From Blepharisma stoltei ATCC 30299 (Eukaryota; Protista; Ciliophora): DNA of 64,000 nt. A model generated the notes under the pieces. It was not told where the DNA came from. It saw only the letters and a program-made list of their open reading frames with translations, and made no database searches. Positions within the stretch are counted from its first letter, which is position 1. The number at the start of each line of letters is the position of its first letter. The stretch lies in assembly GCA_965603825.1 (NCBI GenBank), contig CBFDEM010000056.1, forward strand, positions 744,001-808,000. Direction: 5' to 3'. Shown one piece after another: positions 47,775 to 58,976 of this stretch. The position numbers were made by a program, and so were the translations under genes.

Positions 47775-47929
47775 AGATAATTAGTGTATAATAATTAAAT
47801 AATAATTAAAATAACAGATTGAAAGTATATGCAGCAGAGTTATACAAAAAATGGATAAATAATAAGGTATTAGGTATTTTAATGCAGATAATAAGTTAAA
47901 TAGTCGTTTAATCTAATTTATAAAAAAAT

Positions 47930-48598
47930 ATGGATTCATCAGGCTCTAGCAGTCCAAAAAGCTCGAAAAATCACTTTCTCATGCTAAAATTTTTAAGGTT
48001 TGGCTTCAGTATTATCTTATTATCTATCTTATTTATTGGAATCTTCCAAAACTCCCTCCATTTCTTTATATATCTTACAAACTGAGGCCTTACATTGACA
48101 GCACTTTATTTTGTTGTTTCTTCAATTTCTTATTATTACAGCAAATACATGCCAATTTCAGTAATTCTTTTTGAAACAGTCTGGTGTATTGGCTGATGTA
48201 TTTTTGTGGTATTTTGGGGTGTCGTTGGCCCTCTTAAAGGCCATCACGTGATAGCTGATGTCCTATTACACATTTTGCCAATTGTTCTCGTTATTATTGA
48301 TTTTTTACTAAATGAGATTTTAATGACAAGAAAACATGCAATTTTCCCTATTGGAGTCAGCATTATTTATTTAGTTTTTATAAATATTCCATATTCAATA
48401 GCAATTCATGAAGTTTATCCTTTGATGAACTATAAAAACATTTGGACATATTTGATTTTGTTTTTAAGCTTAAGCGTTCAAGTGTTTTCTCTTGAAATTG
48501 GAATTTGGATTAAAAGAAGACAAATTGGCAACCAGAGAATTCTTGAGCTTGAATTAGAGAATGCTAAGGTTGTTTCTACATCTCCAAGCGTAGCATAA
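47930..48598 (+). CDS. Multi-pass membrane protein, rolling stone / FAR-17a-AIG1-like, 222 aa
   Basis: FIYLTNW(TGA 48083)G, VFW, LLH, VYP; about 6 TM; second TGA at 48194. Confidence 0.75.
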
Positions 48599-48674
48599 CT
48601 AGGCTATTTATATAATAATTTACTAAAATAAGTATTTTTAAAAATGAAAAATGCGCTAAAATCAAAATTATGCA

Positions 48675-49379
48675 TTAAACTACTTTTGATAGAGCTAAAT
48701 TGCTTTCAATTTTCAGTGAATCTATAGCCTCTATCACTTCATTTCAAAATTTATCAACTTCTTCCTTATGCCTTGATATTTTTTCACTTGAAATCCCTGA
48801 CACTGGTATATCGTTTTTAGGAACGTTATTTTTTCATACGAAAGTTATATTTATGGATGCTTGCAGATATTCTTTGGCTTTAGCTTTTGAATCTTCTTCG
48901 CTAATTGGATTTGGTTGTGCAGATAAATCCAGAAACTGGGTGCTTGTCTCTTCAACTATTTGAGTCAATGCTGGCTTTAAGGCTTCTTCAGCTTCTTCAA
49001 CTGTTTTTGGCCGATTTTGAGCTACCTTCCGATTATCATTGCTTTGCTTAAATAAAACTTTATCATTTGGTCTAATAAAATCTTTAAAATATGCACTTTG
49101 TCCAAGCTCGTGATTATTAGCAATAGAAATAAGGTAGTCTTCCAATCCTTTTTTTCTCGTTTCTAAAAACTCTTTATTTTTATTTCCAAAAATTTTTTTG
49201 GGTGGAAACTTAGGAACCTGGCTGGAGAAATTTTTCAAAATTTGGTGCAATTGTCTTATTTGTGAATACCTTCTTCTCATGCTCCACCTTTCTCCAGAGA
49301 TATTATCAGTAACAATGATCGTGTACTCTATATGACCTTTTGATAAAGAATATTCACCAATTGCAATTGACAAAGACAT
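48675..49379 (-). CDS. PX domain protein with LAMTOR1-like C-terminal half, 234 aa
   Basis: PX: RRYSQI..LH, PKFPPKK, R..LEDYL. Two TGAs read through to TAA 48675-48677. Confidence 0.82.
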
Positions 49380-49422
49380 TAATTATTAATTATTTCTATT
49401 AATCAGCCCAATTTTCTATTAA

Positions 49423-50082
49423 TTAGCTTACTAATGGGTATGAATATTTTCCGTCCATATATCCTTTGAAAATCACATAATGCACAGCTACTCCAAACTC
49501 TAAAGAAGTTGCAAGATTAGCAAGCCACATTCCTGGGCCTGTCCCAAAGTCGTTTAAAAAGGCGACACTAATGAGCATTATCCAAACTATCATTGAAAAC
49601 GCAAAAGCTATAGGTGTCAATATATGTGGGAACTAAATAAAAGGTACATCAAATTGAAAGAGGCCCATTCCTGTATTCCATCCGATGCTTGCTGATGAAA
49701 CTATACAGTAGCCTTGGAGCAATAAAGCGAAAACAGTTAAGCAGATATACTAAATAAAGTTTACCATAATCCCTGCAAGCTCGAAATTCGTAATCTGGAG
49801 GCAATCTTCTCTAAGGTCAGGATATTTATTTAAATTTTTCTGATTGCACATGTTTTTGAAGTCACCATATACTCTCCAGCTTTTGTTTTCTCCTCCCATA
49901 TATATTTCTCTCAATGAGAAATCACTTTTCTACTTATTATTTACCCCATAGGAAAACCAATGCTTTATGCTTAGACAAATCACAAAAAGTATCATCAGAA
50001 TCAGGTTGGCCAAGGCATTCAATTTCATATGCTGATGTGGTTGAAGTGTGCAGATTTTGCTAATTCTCCTTTGATTTTCCAT
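49423..50082 (-). CDS. Four-pass membrane protein, claudin/PMP22/amastin-like, 204 aa, three introns
   Basis: ATG 50080-50082. Splicing 49930-49944, 49750-49764 and 49633-49647 gives one frame with 4 TM, W after TM1, two Cys in loop 1, and GPGMWL before TM4. Confidence 0.78.
49633..49647 (-). other. 15-nt intron
   Basis: gtaccttttatttag. Confidence 0.88.
49750..49764 (-). other. 15-nt intron
   Basis: gtaaactttatttag. Confidence 0.88.
49930..49944 (-). other. 15-nt intron
   Basis: gtaaataataagtag. Confidence 0.85.
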
Positions 50083-50134
50083 TATCAATTATTACCAAAA
50101 TGGCACTTCGCACATTAAAATTAAAATTATTACA

Positions 50135-51469
50135 CTAATCCTCAGAAATTTGAAAACTCCTTTCTTTTGCATAAAAGCTGTCAGGTCTGATCTCAATTTC
50201 TTCGTTTTCTTCATAACTGCCTTCAAGCGCGACCCTAAAAATAACTGGGTTTTCGTGGGCTGCTGGCTTGATTTCAGTCGTCACTCTACCTCTTTTTATC
50301 TTTTCTCGGCCTTGCATTTTACTTATGGTGTCTTGAATTTGGTCTTTTTTTTGGTGTGAGGCGATATACTCTTCAGCTAGTTTTTCGTTTTTTTCTAACA
50401 ATTTAGAATTTTCTGCAGATATTATTAGCAGCCCTTCGCTTTCTACAGTCAGCTCTTGTTTCATATTATGAATTTCTTGTTTCATCTGTTCTATTTTGTC
50501 TTCTAAAGCTCTTTCTTCTGGCGTTAGGGCTGTTTGTTTATAATAATTATCTTGCATTGAAAGTGTTTTATTTTTAATTTTCGTAAAATCAAGGACAGGT
50601 ACAGGCCTTTGCTTATTAGGCGTTGTATGAATTACTTCTTCATCTTCAACTGGCTCATTGATTATTGAACTTTCTTCTGATCCACTTGTCTCATCAGATA
50701 TTTTGAACTCAAAGCTGAACTCTTTTCTTGGGCTAAATAAGTTATTAATATAGCTTCTTTCTACCCCTGGCTTCCTATTTACAGGATTTTTCAATAATGC
50801 TTCTATTTTCTGACATTCACTTCAAAGCATTTTTGAATTCTCCATAAGTTTATATCTATACATCTGCGTACAATAAAGGTCCCTTGCAAGATCTTGCATA
50901 TATTCTTTTAAGTCTTCAACTTGGCAATGCAAGTCCAAAATTTCATCAGTAGGTGGGACAATTATCATATTCCTGGATTTTCTATACAGCTCAGCATCGA
51001 TTTCTAACTGCTTGTTTCTTGTCATGAGCTCACAGATAATGCGTTCTTTTTTGTCGTTTTGGTACCTAATTTCTTGGAGCTTGTCTTCGTATTCTTGGAC
51101 TAATTCTTGTTCTTTTCGTTGAAATTCTGCAGAAATTTGTTCGTTTATTAAGGCTTTGCCTTGGGCATCATTTCGGTCAGTGATGAGCTTTTTGAGGGTG
51201 TCTTCAAGCTGCTTTGTTTCGGTGAGCAGCTGCTCGATCATACGTGGAGCTGTATAGCTGATATTGACAGTGTCTTCAGAATTAGACTCATTTAATTTAC
51301 TTGATAATATATCATGAAGCATTTCTTTATTAAGGGCTAGGTTTGTTTCGAGATCGTCTATATAAATTTTGAGCTGCTCAGATTCTAGCTCTATTTCTTT
51401 GGCTTTGGCAGCTTTGCGGGATGGGATTCCTTCGCCTCCTGGAAGTGTATTGAGAGCATGATTTAGCAT
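50135..51469 (-). CDS. Coiled-coil hypothetical protein, 444 aa
   Basis: Two in-frame ORFs joined by TGA 50822 = W. Confidence 0.75.
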
Positions 51470-52020
51470 TTTTGTATTTAAAAGATATAAAGGAGATTTC
51501 AATATTATGGATAAAGTTAAAAACTCAAGGCCGATGCGAGCTTTGTGGAATATTGCCTGAACATATTTAAGCTATTAATAAAGCGCCATTAGTTAATATA
51601 ATATTGTTTGCAAAAAAAATAGATTCCACAATGTCTCTTGGAAAATAAATTTTGAAGATGTTTTGCTATCAATAGCATGGTGATTGTGCTTTCAATAAAA
51701 AAAATTAAGAGTAGGAACAATTTTTCAAAGGCTGCGACTTTGATTCAAAGTGAGTAAAAATTAATTGATTTTATTTTTTTCTAAGAATTGGAAACTCTCT
51801 GAGGTAATTAAATTGATATTAAATTAAATTTAAAATATTTGGACTTTCGTCATTTTTTGTCAGTCAATGCACTAATGGAAGAGAGGATTTTCAGAATAAT
51901 TGCGTTGAATGGGATTCGAGCTGAACTCGGTAAACTTGCCATTTCATACAAAAATAACGGCAAGTATAAATTTGTTTATGTCTTAGATTTAGGCATTATT
52001 TAAACTTATCTTCAACGCTT

Positions 52021-52272
52021 TTATTTCGGTTGGTTTTCTTCGCATAGGGTCGGTAATTTAGACAATTGGCCAGAAGATACTTCATCTTTCGGACAATTTT
52101 GCCTTCTTGAGTATAATCCACTTAACTGCAAATTTAATTTCGGAGCATTTTGGGCCTTTATAACTGAGAGTCTTCTCTGCAAAATTAAGCTTTCCTCCCT
52201 ATTTATCGAACTTTTTTCAATAATTCTGTAATTAGATGAGCCTCAGCTAGATTTTGTAACACACAGACCCAT
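52021..52272 (-). CDS. Small putatively acylated protein, 83 aa (absent from ORF track)
   Basis: MGLCVTKSS-W(TGA)-GSS..APKLNLQLSGLYSRR..-TAA; hidden by an early TGA. Confidence 0.65.
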
Positions 52273-52582
52273 ATTTATTTTGCTGAATATTAATTATAAT
52301 AAGCCAATTCTGGATAATTTATTAATTATTGCATGCCTATTAGCATCTTAGCACTTCAAAAACCAGTTTTTTACTTATTAAATTTTGTTTAATTTATAAA
52401 AGGAAACACACCAAATATTGTGTTGAATAAATTTATATGTTAGAAATTTGATTAAATCTTTTGAAAAATAATAATAAATTAGTAATTTTAATTTAAGTAT
52501 ATAAGATTTTAGCTTGGTAGGCATGTGAAAATTTAAATATATGAGAAAAATAAATCTTTATGAAATTTGAGTAAAATTAGAT

Positions 52583-52870
52583 TTAGTAAACAATCATATC
52601 GCATTTGGATATTGGTTGCCGGAAAGGATCTGTATAAGAAACTTTGGACTTAATATTTGGGAGTTTGCTTACTGAAATGTTCCTTCTTTCTGTTGGAGAA
52701 GTTAACACATCTTCAGTGATAGGATTATAAAAATTAAGCTTTCTTGTTCTGTTTTTCACCCTACTTACACCCCCGAAAACTGGAGAGCCACTATTTATGT
52801 TGTTCTCCAGGTTTGTTGCTTGCTTTTTAATTGATGGGAGCTTGATTTCGCTACAAGACTGTTTGTGCAT
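52583..52870 (-). CDS. Hypothetical protein, 95 aa
   Basis: ATG..TAA ORF with YNPIT and DPF motifs; begins 2 bp after the upstream stop. Confidence 0.6.
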   Translation of the reverse strand: MHKQSCSEIKLPSIKKQATNLENNINSGSPVFGGVSRVKNRTRKLNFYNPITEDVLTSPTERRNISVSKLPNIKSKVSYTDPFRQPISKCDMIVY

Positions 52871-52872
52871 TT

Positions 52873-54660
52873 TTATAATGGATATAAAGAACTTATTTGA
52901 TTACTTTTTAAAGATTTAAGGTAGTATCTAAAGGGATAAACACTAAGCAGCTCCTCATTCGTTTTTTCGACTAAATGCTTGTATATTGGGGCTCCGTTAT
53001 CATTTGCTTCCAAGATCTTTTTCAATTTCTCAAGCATTGCTTTTTGGTTTTCCATTATTGATTTCTGACCAATTCTATAAATAATCTAAATATATTTTAC
53101 AGCATTCCTTTCTCTTATAGGCAAATTTGTACTTAATAGCTGTAAATCATACTCTAAAGGCGTTGTGAAATAGCGCTCAATTTCAGAATAAAGGGCTAAA
53201 ATTTTTTCTATGACATAGATTTCTAGCTTAGGAAGACAAGGAGTTCCATAATAAATAGGAGGGTCAATACCAGCAAGTTCTGGGGCTGAAAAATCAGTTG
53301 AGGCTCTAAAATAGCTAAAAATTTGTGTGTTTAGCTTTTTCCTTTTAAGAGTGTATAATTCTGAAACATCGTCAATTAAATGCCCATCTGTTTTTCATTG
53401 CTTCTGTTCATAGTCATCAGGCAGCAATAATCCTGTTTTCGTACTTCGTGTATTTCAAATTCTGAAGTATAGAGCATCATATCTGTTGTTTTCTAAGGTA
53501 AACCCATAATCTAAAAGTAGATCTCTGTTGCTTAATCTACCATAAGCATTATATACTTGTTCCCCTTTTTTAAATCCAGTCCTCACTCCTGTTGTTAATA
53601 TAAAATAGCTATCAGGCTCATCTCTAATTTCAAGATCAGTGCTTGTTTCATATTCATCCTCCTCTTCGCTAGTAAGTTCTCCAATTACTCTGGTATCTTC
53701 CTCGTCTGAGCTGCTTCTATAATTCTTGAGTTCTTCATCTAATTCTCATATTGAGTCAATTTCAATTTTTTTGTTTTCTTCAGAATTATCGAGATATTTT
53801 TGCAGTCTTGTCCTATAGAATCTGGCTTTTTCAAATTCAAAAGTTGGGTGGCTTTCATTGGAGAAATCCCTATAGTCTGTATCTCCTTTGTTGTTTTTTG
53901 ATATTTCTTCTAAGACACATTTATACTCACTTTCATAACGAATGTAGCCATCATCATGATTTAAATTATCGGCTAGAGGTATTAGCATTCCGTCTTCTCA
54001 TGCAAAAAGTCGTGTGCACGCTACTCGCCACACCCATTCAAAAGTTCCTCTTATGTCTTTTTCAGGAGGGAAATATTGAGGGTGCTCTTTTAAAACTTTT
54101 CACATCGATTGCCAACAATTTTCTAAATAAATCCTTCACTTTTTTGCTTCATATATCAATATTGGATCTTGTAGGATCTCTAGTTCTTCATCAGTTCAAT
54201 CGATAACTGTTTGTGTACCTTTAATTGTTTCAAAATAAGGATGCCAAAAGCTTTCTTCACCTTTTAGCCGTTCATATATTACAAAAGTCCACAGTATATG
54301 GTCGTCTGCTCTTGGATGGGAAATATAAAATCCTGAATGTTGAAGAAATATATGAGCAATTTCACTTTTTTTTGCTTTAAATAGATTGATGGTCAATGAG
54401 TAGGGAACAAAGAGCAAAGCCTAAGTAAAATTCACTTTATTAGGAGTTATATCTATTTTTGCTCTTGGTCCTACTAGCCCTGAATCGGGAAAATACACAG
54501 GATACTCAAGCTATTTGATAATTACACTGGGAAATATGCAGCCATTTTCAATCAGCCAGCTTAAATAAGCTTTGTATTTTTCGTCTTGATCCAATAAATA
54601 GCTTGAACTGTTTAGACAAGAATCAGAAGAATTATCATTTAATGCCACTTGCTCTGTCAT
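52873..54660 (-). CDS. SET-domain methyltransferase, Rubisco-LSMT/SETD3-4-6 class, 580 aa, three introns
   Basis: WLIENG, SFWHPYF, W(TGA)TDEEL, LIPLADNLNH, KGEQVYNAYGRLSN..LLDYGF. Seven TGAs. Confidence 0.9.
53086..53100 (-). other. 15-nt intron
   Basis: gtaaaatatatttag; removes an in-frame TAG. Confidence 0.88.
54421..54435 (-). other. 15-nt intron (GTG donor)
   Basis: gtgaattttacttag. Confidence 0.88.
54511..54525 (-). other. 15-nt intron
   Basis: gtaattatcaaatag. Confidence 0.88.
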
Positions 54661-54879
54661 TTATAATTGCAAAAGCTTTTGCTATTTAATGAAGCTAGAA
54701 GAATTTTAATAGTAATATTAAATCTGGATAAATCTGAAAAGATAAGAATTATTATTAACATTTTCAATATAACTATACATAATTATTAAATAATAAGTAA
54801 AAGTAAGTTGTTTTATTCTTAATTTTGGTGACGATATTTCATTTCTTTATATTAATATATTTCTTCTTTCCATATCGTT

Positions 54880-55533
54880 ATGAGAAATGCTATTAAACTT
54901 CCTACTCCAATTAGTCCATCATCCTCTTTTATTCCTCCAAAGCTAGACGATGGGGACTCTACCCCAAGGTTATATGATCTAGATTTTTGTCCAACTATAT
55001 CTCAATTTAATGATTCACAAGCTTGCTATGTATTTTCGCCTCTATCTCGCTCAATAAAGCTTGAAAATCTAGGCCAAACAGACCGAAAAATGCTGAGTGA
55101 GCTCAATGGAAGTCAGAAAAGCACTTTTTCAGAAACCCAGATAAACAGCTCATTAAAACTTGGTATAAAAGAAAAAGCTAAGTATGAGAAAAAGATAGAA
55201 GATCTTGAAAATGAAATTAAGGCACTAAAAAGAATGAAAGTCTTATTAAGGGAAAAAGACCGAATTGTAGGAAATATTGAATCACAATTAGATATTGTTA
55301 AAGCAGAAAACCAAAATTTAAAAAGGGAGGTTAAAAATCTCAGATTAGAAAATCTTGCTTTAACTAATAAATTCCAAAGCAAAAGTGAAGAAGAAACTAA
55401 AAAAACGTCAGAGGACCCTGTAGTTCGAGTTTCTAACGCTTTAAATACTTTTAAATCAGATTTAACTGATTTTATACTTCTAAGCCAAAGAAAAAGAAGC
55501 AAAACAGAAGCCCCAAAACCTGCCAGATTATAA
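54880..55533 (+). CDS. Coiled-coil hypothetical protein, 217 aa
   Basis: ATG..TAA ORF with heptad repeats. Confidence 0.7.
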   Translation: MRNAIKLPTPISPSSSFIPPKLDDGDSTPRLYDLDFCPTISQFNDSQACYVFSPLSRSIKLENLGQTDRKMLSELNGSQKSTFSETQINSSLKLGIKEKAKYEKKIEDLENEIKALKRMKVLLREKDRIVGNIESQLDIVKAENQNLKREVKNLRLENLALTNKFQSKSEEETKKTSEDPVVRVSNALNTFKSDLTDFILLSQRKRSKTEAPKPARL

Positions 55534-55568
55534 TAATAATTTTTACTTTAAATTTTCAAAATTTTCCA

Positions 55569-56729
55569 TTAAATTATTGCCATCAAATAAACCAAAGAAA
55601 CCGCATAAAATAAGGCTGACTCATCAAGGTCTTTTTCAGCATCTTTCCAATCTCTAAGGAATATTTTTATAACGCAATCTTCACTTTCCTGCATTTGGGC
55701 ATAATAAAGCACTATTCCTTGATAGTATTTGTGAAGTTCTACATTTTTAGAATCCCAATAATCATTTTGGCATTCTTCTGCTTCCCTTCTCACTGTATTG
55801 CATTTATTTATTTCTGAGCTTTGAAGCCATTTAAGATGCTGCTGGGTATATTGAAAATAAGGAGGATCTCCAGGGAATAAAGGGCAAAATGAAGATCTGT
55901 CTTTATTCCAGCCACAAGTACAAGGCTGAACTATTGAATATGCTGGAGAAAAATTTGGGTCTTTATTTGAGTAGCATTGATCTGAGGTGGTACATAAAGT
56001 AGGAAGTTTTTGAGGATTTTTTAACGGAATTGTGCAAGCCCACACGTTAGGCTCCGATTCATTTTTTAGTGCACAAGTTCCTGATTGGCATAATTTATTT
56101 TGGTCATTTATGCATTGGTAGACTTCATGCTGTGGAGATAAAGAATAGTAGCTTACACAAGTATTATTGTCAGGATCTGAAGTGATATAGCAGCCAGCTC
56201 CATTTACGCAGTCATAATCATCGTTGCAGCTAGTTTTGCCAATATCAATTTGCTTTTGGCAAGTTTGAGCACCTAATATAGTTTGGCATCTCAGTCCTGG
56301 ATTACAATTATTATCATCCACACATGATTCTCCGAGATCAAACCCAGCGCAAGTCCCGTTTACGCAGTTTGGGCCGAAAATGCTGCAGTCCTCTTTTTTT
56401 TGGCATTTTTCTCCTGGTCATTTATTATTGATTATTGGTGTAGGATTGACACAAGTGGAATTCTGATCGACCAAAGGAACACATATTTTAGATTTATCAG
56501 AGCATTTTTGAGCATAATAGGAATTAGTTGTGCTGATAAAATACATGCAAGTGTCAGAAGTAAAAGATTGAGCTGCCTTTCTGCAAGTGAATGATGGGCA
56601 GGTATCAGATACATTTTTTATTTCTGATAAATCAGTGCCAATTCAAATGGAAATGTCTGATTTTTGAGAAATTGTACAAGTAATGAGGAGGTTAAATATG
56701 AGGATAATGATTTTCAATGGATAAGCCAT
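55569..56729 (-). CDS. Cys-rich secreted surface protein, probably GPI-anchored, 386 aa
   Basis: Signal peptide from ATG 56727-56729; CPSFTC, W(TGA)PGEKC, periodic Cys; hydrophobic C-terminus with no cytosolic tail. Confidence 0.8.
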
Positions 56730-57062
56730 ATTTTATTACCACCAATAGATGTGATTATTGAAAATGCTTAAATAAATGTCATCAGAATGATCTGTGATTT
56801 TAATTTTATTGATAGCTTTTTATATTTTATAAATTTTTAAGAGCTACTCTTTTTTTTTGAGAACAATTAATTTGTATAAATTAATGATATATTAAAGAAT
56901 CAATACATAAAATTTTCAATTAAATAATTGCGAAATTATGATTAAGATTTTCATAATTATCAGAATTTTTACTAGCAGTCCTTCAAAACCCCTTCTTCAA
57001 AAATTTCAAAATGAAAATGTTTGAGGCCCTCTTCTTAAATATGTATTTAAAATATAATTTAA

Positions 57063-57275
57063 ATGATGGGGAACCAAGAAACACAAGATTACGATTTCTA
57101 CTCCGTTCGCAAAGATTCTCAAAAGCGCCAAAACTTCTTCGGCAAGCTAGAATCCGTAAAATCATGGCTTAAAAGCATGAATCCCTTTTCATCAGCCTCC
57201 TTATCAACTAACCCATCAGCCTCCTCATCCACCTCCACTGGGCAAATGATGAAAAGTGTTTACGACCTGGTATAA
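57063..57275 (+). CDS. Small hypothetical protein, 70 aa
   Basis: ATG..TAA with elevated GC between AT-rich spacers. Confidence 0.55.
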   Translation: MMGNQETQDYDFYSVRKDSQKRQNFFGKLESVKSWLKSMNPFSSASLSTNPSASSSTSTGQMMKSVYDLV

Positions 57276-57460
57276 TAAACTAATTTTACTACAAAAATTA
57301 ATTAAATTCAAAATTAAAAAGAAATTAAACAACCACTAATTGAAAAATCTTCTCTATATTTTACATAAGCCACATCGCATTTATTCGTAATGCCACCTAT
57401 ATTTATCATTGCAAAATATGTGGAGTTTTATCCATTTAACTCAGCAAGTAAATAATAACC

Positions 57461-58924
57461 ATGTTATCAAGACTTTGTCAGTCTGCTCGACGATTGACCT
57501 TCAGGAGCTTTAGCACAGCAGGAGTAGCATCAGAAGAGCCTAATTTCTTGGAAATGGTTAACATTAACTACGATAGGGCTTGCCAACATCTTGATATTGA
57601 CCCAGCTGTATTAGAACTTATCAAACGTTGTGACTCGTCGTTAACAATGACAATCCCATTAAGGAGAGATGACGGAGCTGTTGAATATTTCACAGCCTAC
57701 AGAGCTCAGCACTCCAGACATCGTACCCCAACCAAAGGAGGCACCAGGTATGCCCCAGATGTCGATCTTGTCGAAGTGACTGCATTGGCGTTCTTGATGA
57801 CCTTGAAGTGTGCCTGCGTCAACTTGCCTTTTGGAGGTGGAAAGGGTGGGATCAAGCTGGATCCGAAAAGTTTAAGTGTGGGAGAATTGGAAAGACTGAC
57901 TAGAAGATATGCAATTGAGCTGGCGAAGAAAGGATTTTTAAATCCAGCCACAGATGTACCAGGACCTGACCTTGGAACTGGAGAAAAAGAAATGGCTTGG
58001 ATGATGGAAGCTTATAGATTTTATAATTATGACAATATATATGCAACTGCAACTACAACTGGGAAACCAGTTTCCTTTGGAGGGATCTCAGGGAGAACTG
58101 AGTCCACTGGTCTTGGTCTTTATTACTGTCTTAGAGAGTTCCTTAATGATCCTTACTATACAAACCCAGTAGGCTTAAAAACTGGAATAAAAGACAAGTC
58201 TTTGATTGTCCAAGGCTTTGGAAATGTAGGCTACTGGGCAACCAATTTCTTAGAAAAAGATGGCGCTAAGCTATTAGGTGTCATTGAAAGAGATGGAGCC
58301 GTCTTTAATGAAAGTGGTATTTCAGTCGATGAAGTCAAGAAATATTTGATTAAAAAAGGTACTCTTAAAGGATTCCCTAAAGCTCAGTTCTACGAGGACG
58401 TCCAAGACGTTTTTAAAAAGCCATGCGATGTGCTTATTCCTGCAGCTGTTGAAAGATCAATCACAGGCAAAAATGCTGTAAACTTCCAATGCAAAATTGT
58501 AGCTGAAGGTGGGAATGGCCCTACAACTCCGAGAGGAGAAGACGTTCTTGCCTCAAAAGGCATCCTTGTGCTTCCAGATTTATTGATGAATGCTGGAGGT
58601 GTGACTGTTTCTTATTTCGAATACGTCAAAAACCTAGGCTTTATCAGACCAGGAATGCTCACCAGAAAGCTCGAATCCACCACAAATAAATGGATCATCG
58701 ATAAAGTCATGCAAGGCGACACAAAACCAAGCAAAGGAACCATCAGCAAAATTCTTGACGGCCCAAGCGAACAAGATTTGGTGTACTCTGGGCTAGAAGA
58801 CGTCATGTGTGAAGCTGTCGCTGAAACCAAGAAAACAAGCCAAGAAAAAGGGGTTTCTCTGAGGCTTGCAGCATATACAAATTCCATCAAAAGAATTTAT
58901 GACTCAATGAAGCTAACTCTTTAG
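57461..58924 (+). CDS. GDH: Mitochondrial glutamate dehydrogenase with antenna-like insert
   Basis: Transit peptide; YRAQHS.HRTPTKGG, PFGGGKGG, QGFGNVG, NAGGVTVSYFE, GPSEQDLVYSGL. Confidence 0.95.
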   Translation: MLSRLCQSARRLTFRSFSTAGVASEEPNFLEMVNINYDRACQHLDIDPAVLELIKRCDSSLTMTIPLRRDDGAVEYFTAYRAQHSRHRTPTKGGTRYAPDVDLVEVTALAFLMTLKCACVNLPFGGGKGGIKLDPKSLSVGELERLTRRYAIELAKKGFLNPATDVPGPDLGTGEKEMAWMMEAYRFYNYDNIYATATTTGKPVSFGGISGRTESTGLGLYYCLREFLNDPYYTNPVGLKTGIKDKSLIVQGFGNVGYWATNFLEKDGAKLLGVIERDGAVFNESGISVDEVKKYLIKKGTLKGFPKAQFYEDVQDVFKKPCDVLIPAAVERSITGKNAVNFQCKIVAEGGNGPTTPRGEDVLASKGILVLPDLLMNAGGVTVSYFEYVKNLGFIRPGMLTRKLESTTNKWIIDKVMQGDTKPSKGTISKILDGPSEQDLVYSGLEDVMCEAVAETKKTSQEKGVSLRLAAYTNSIKRIYDSMKLTL

Positions 58925-58976
58925 ATTGATTATTCTTTAATTTAGATAGAAAAATTGCTATTCTTCTCAATTTTAA

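Noticed and set aside
3718-54198. Selenocysteine recoding of TGA
   Set aside because: No TGA examined aligns to a catalytic Cys, and no selenoprotein family was recognised.
1747-56729. Many TGA-split ORFs as pseudogenes or sequencing errors
   Set aside because: Fragments are always in frame and TGA sits at conserved Trp positions.
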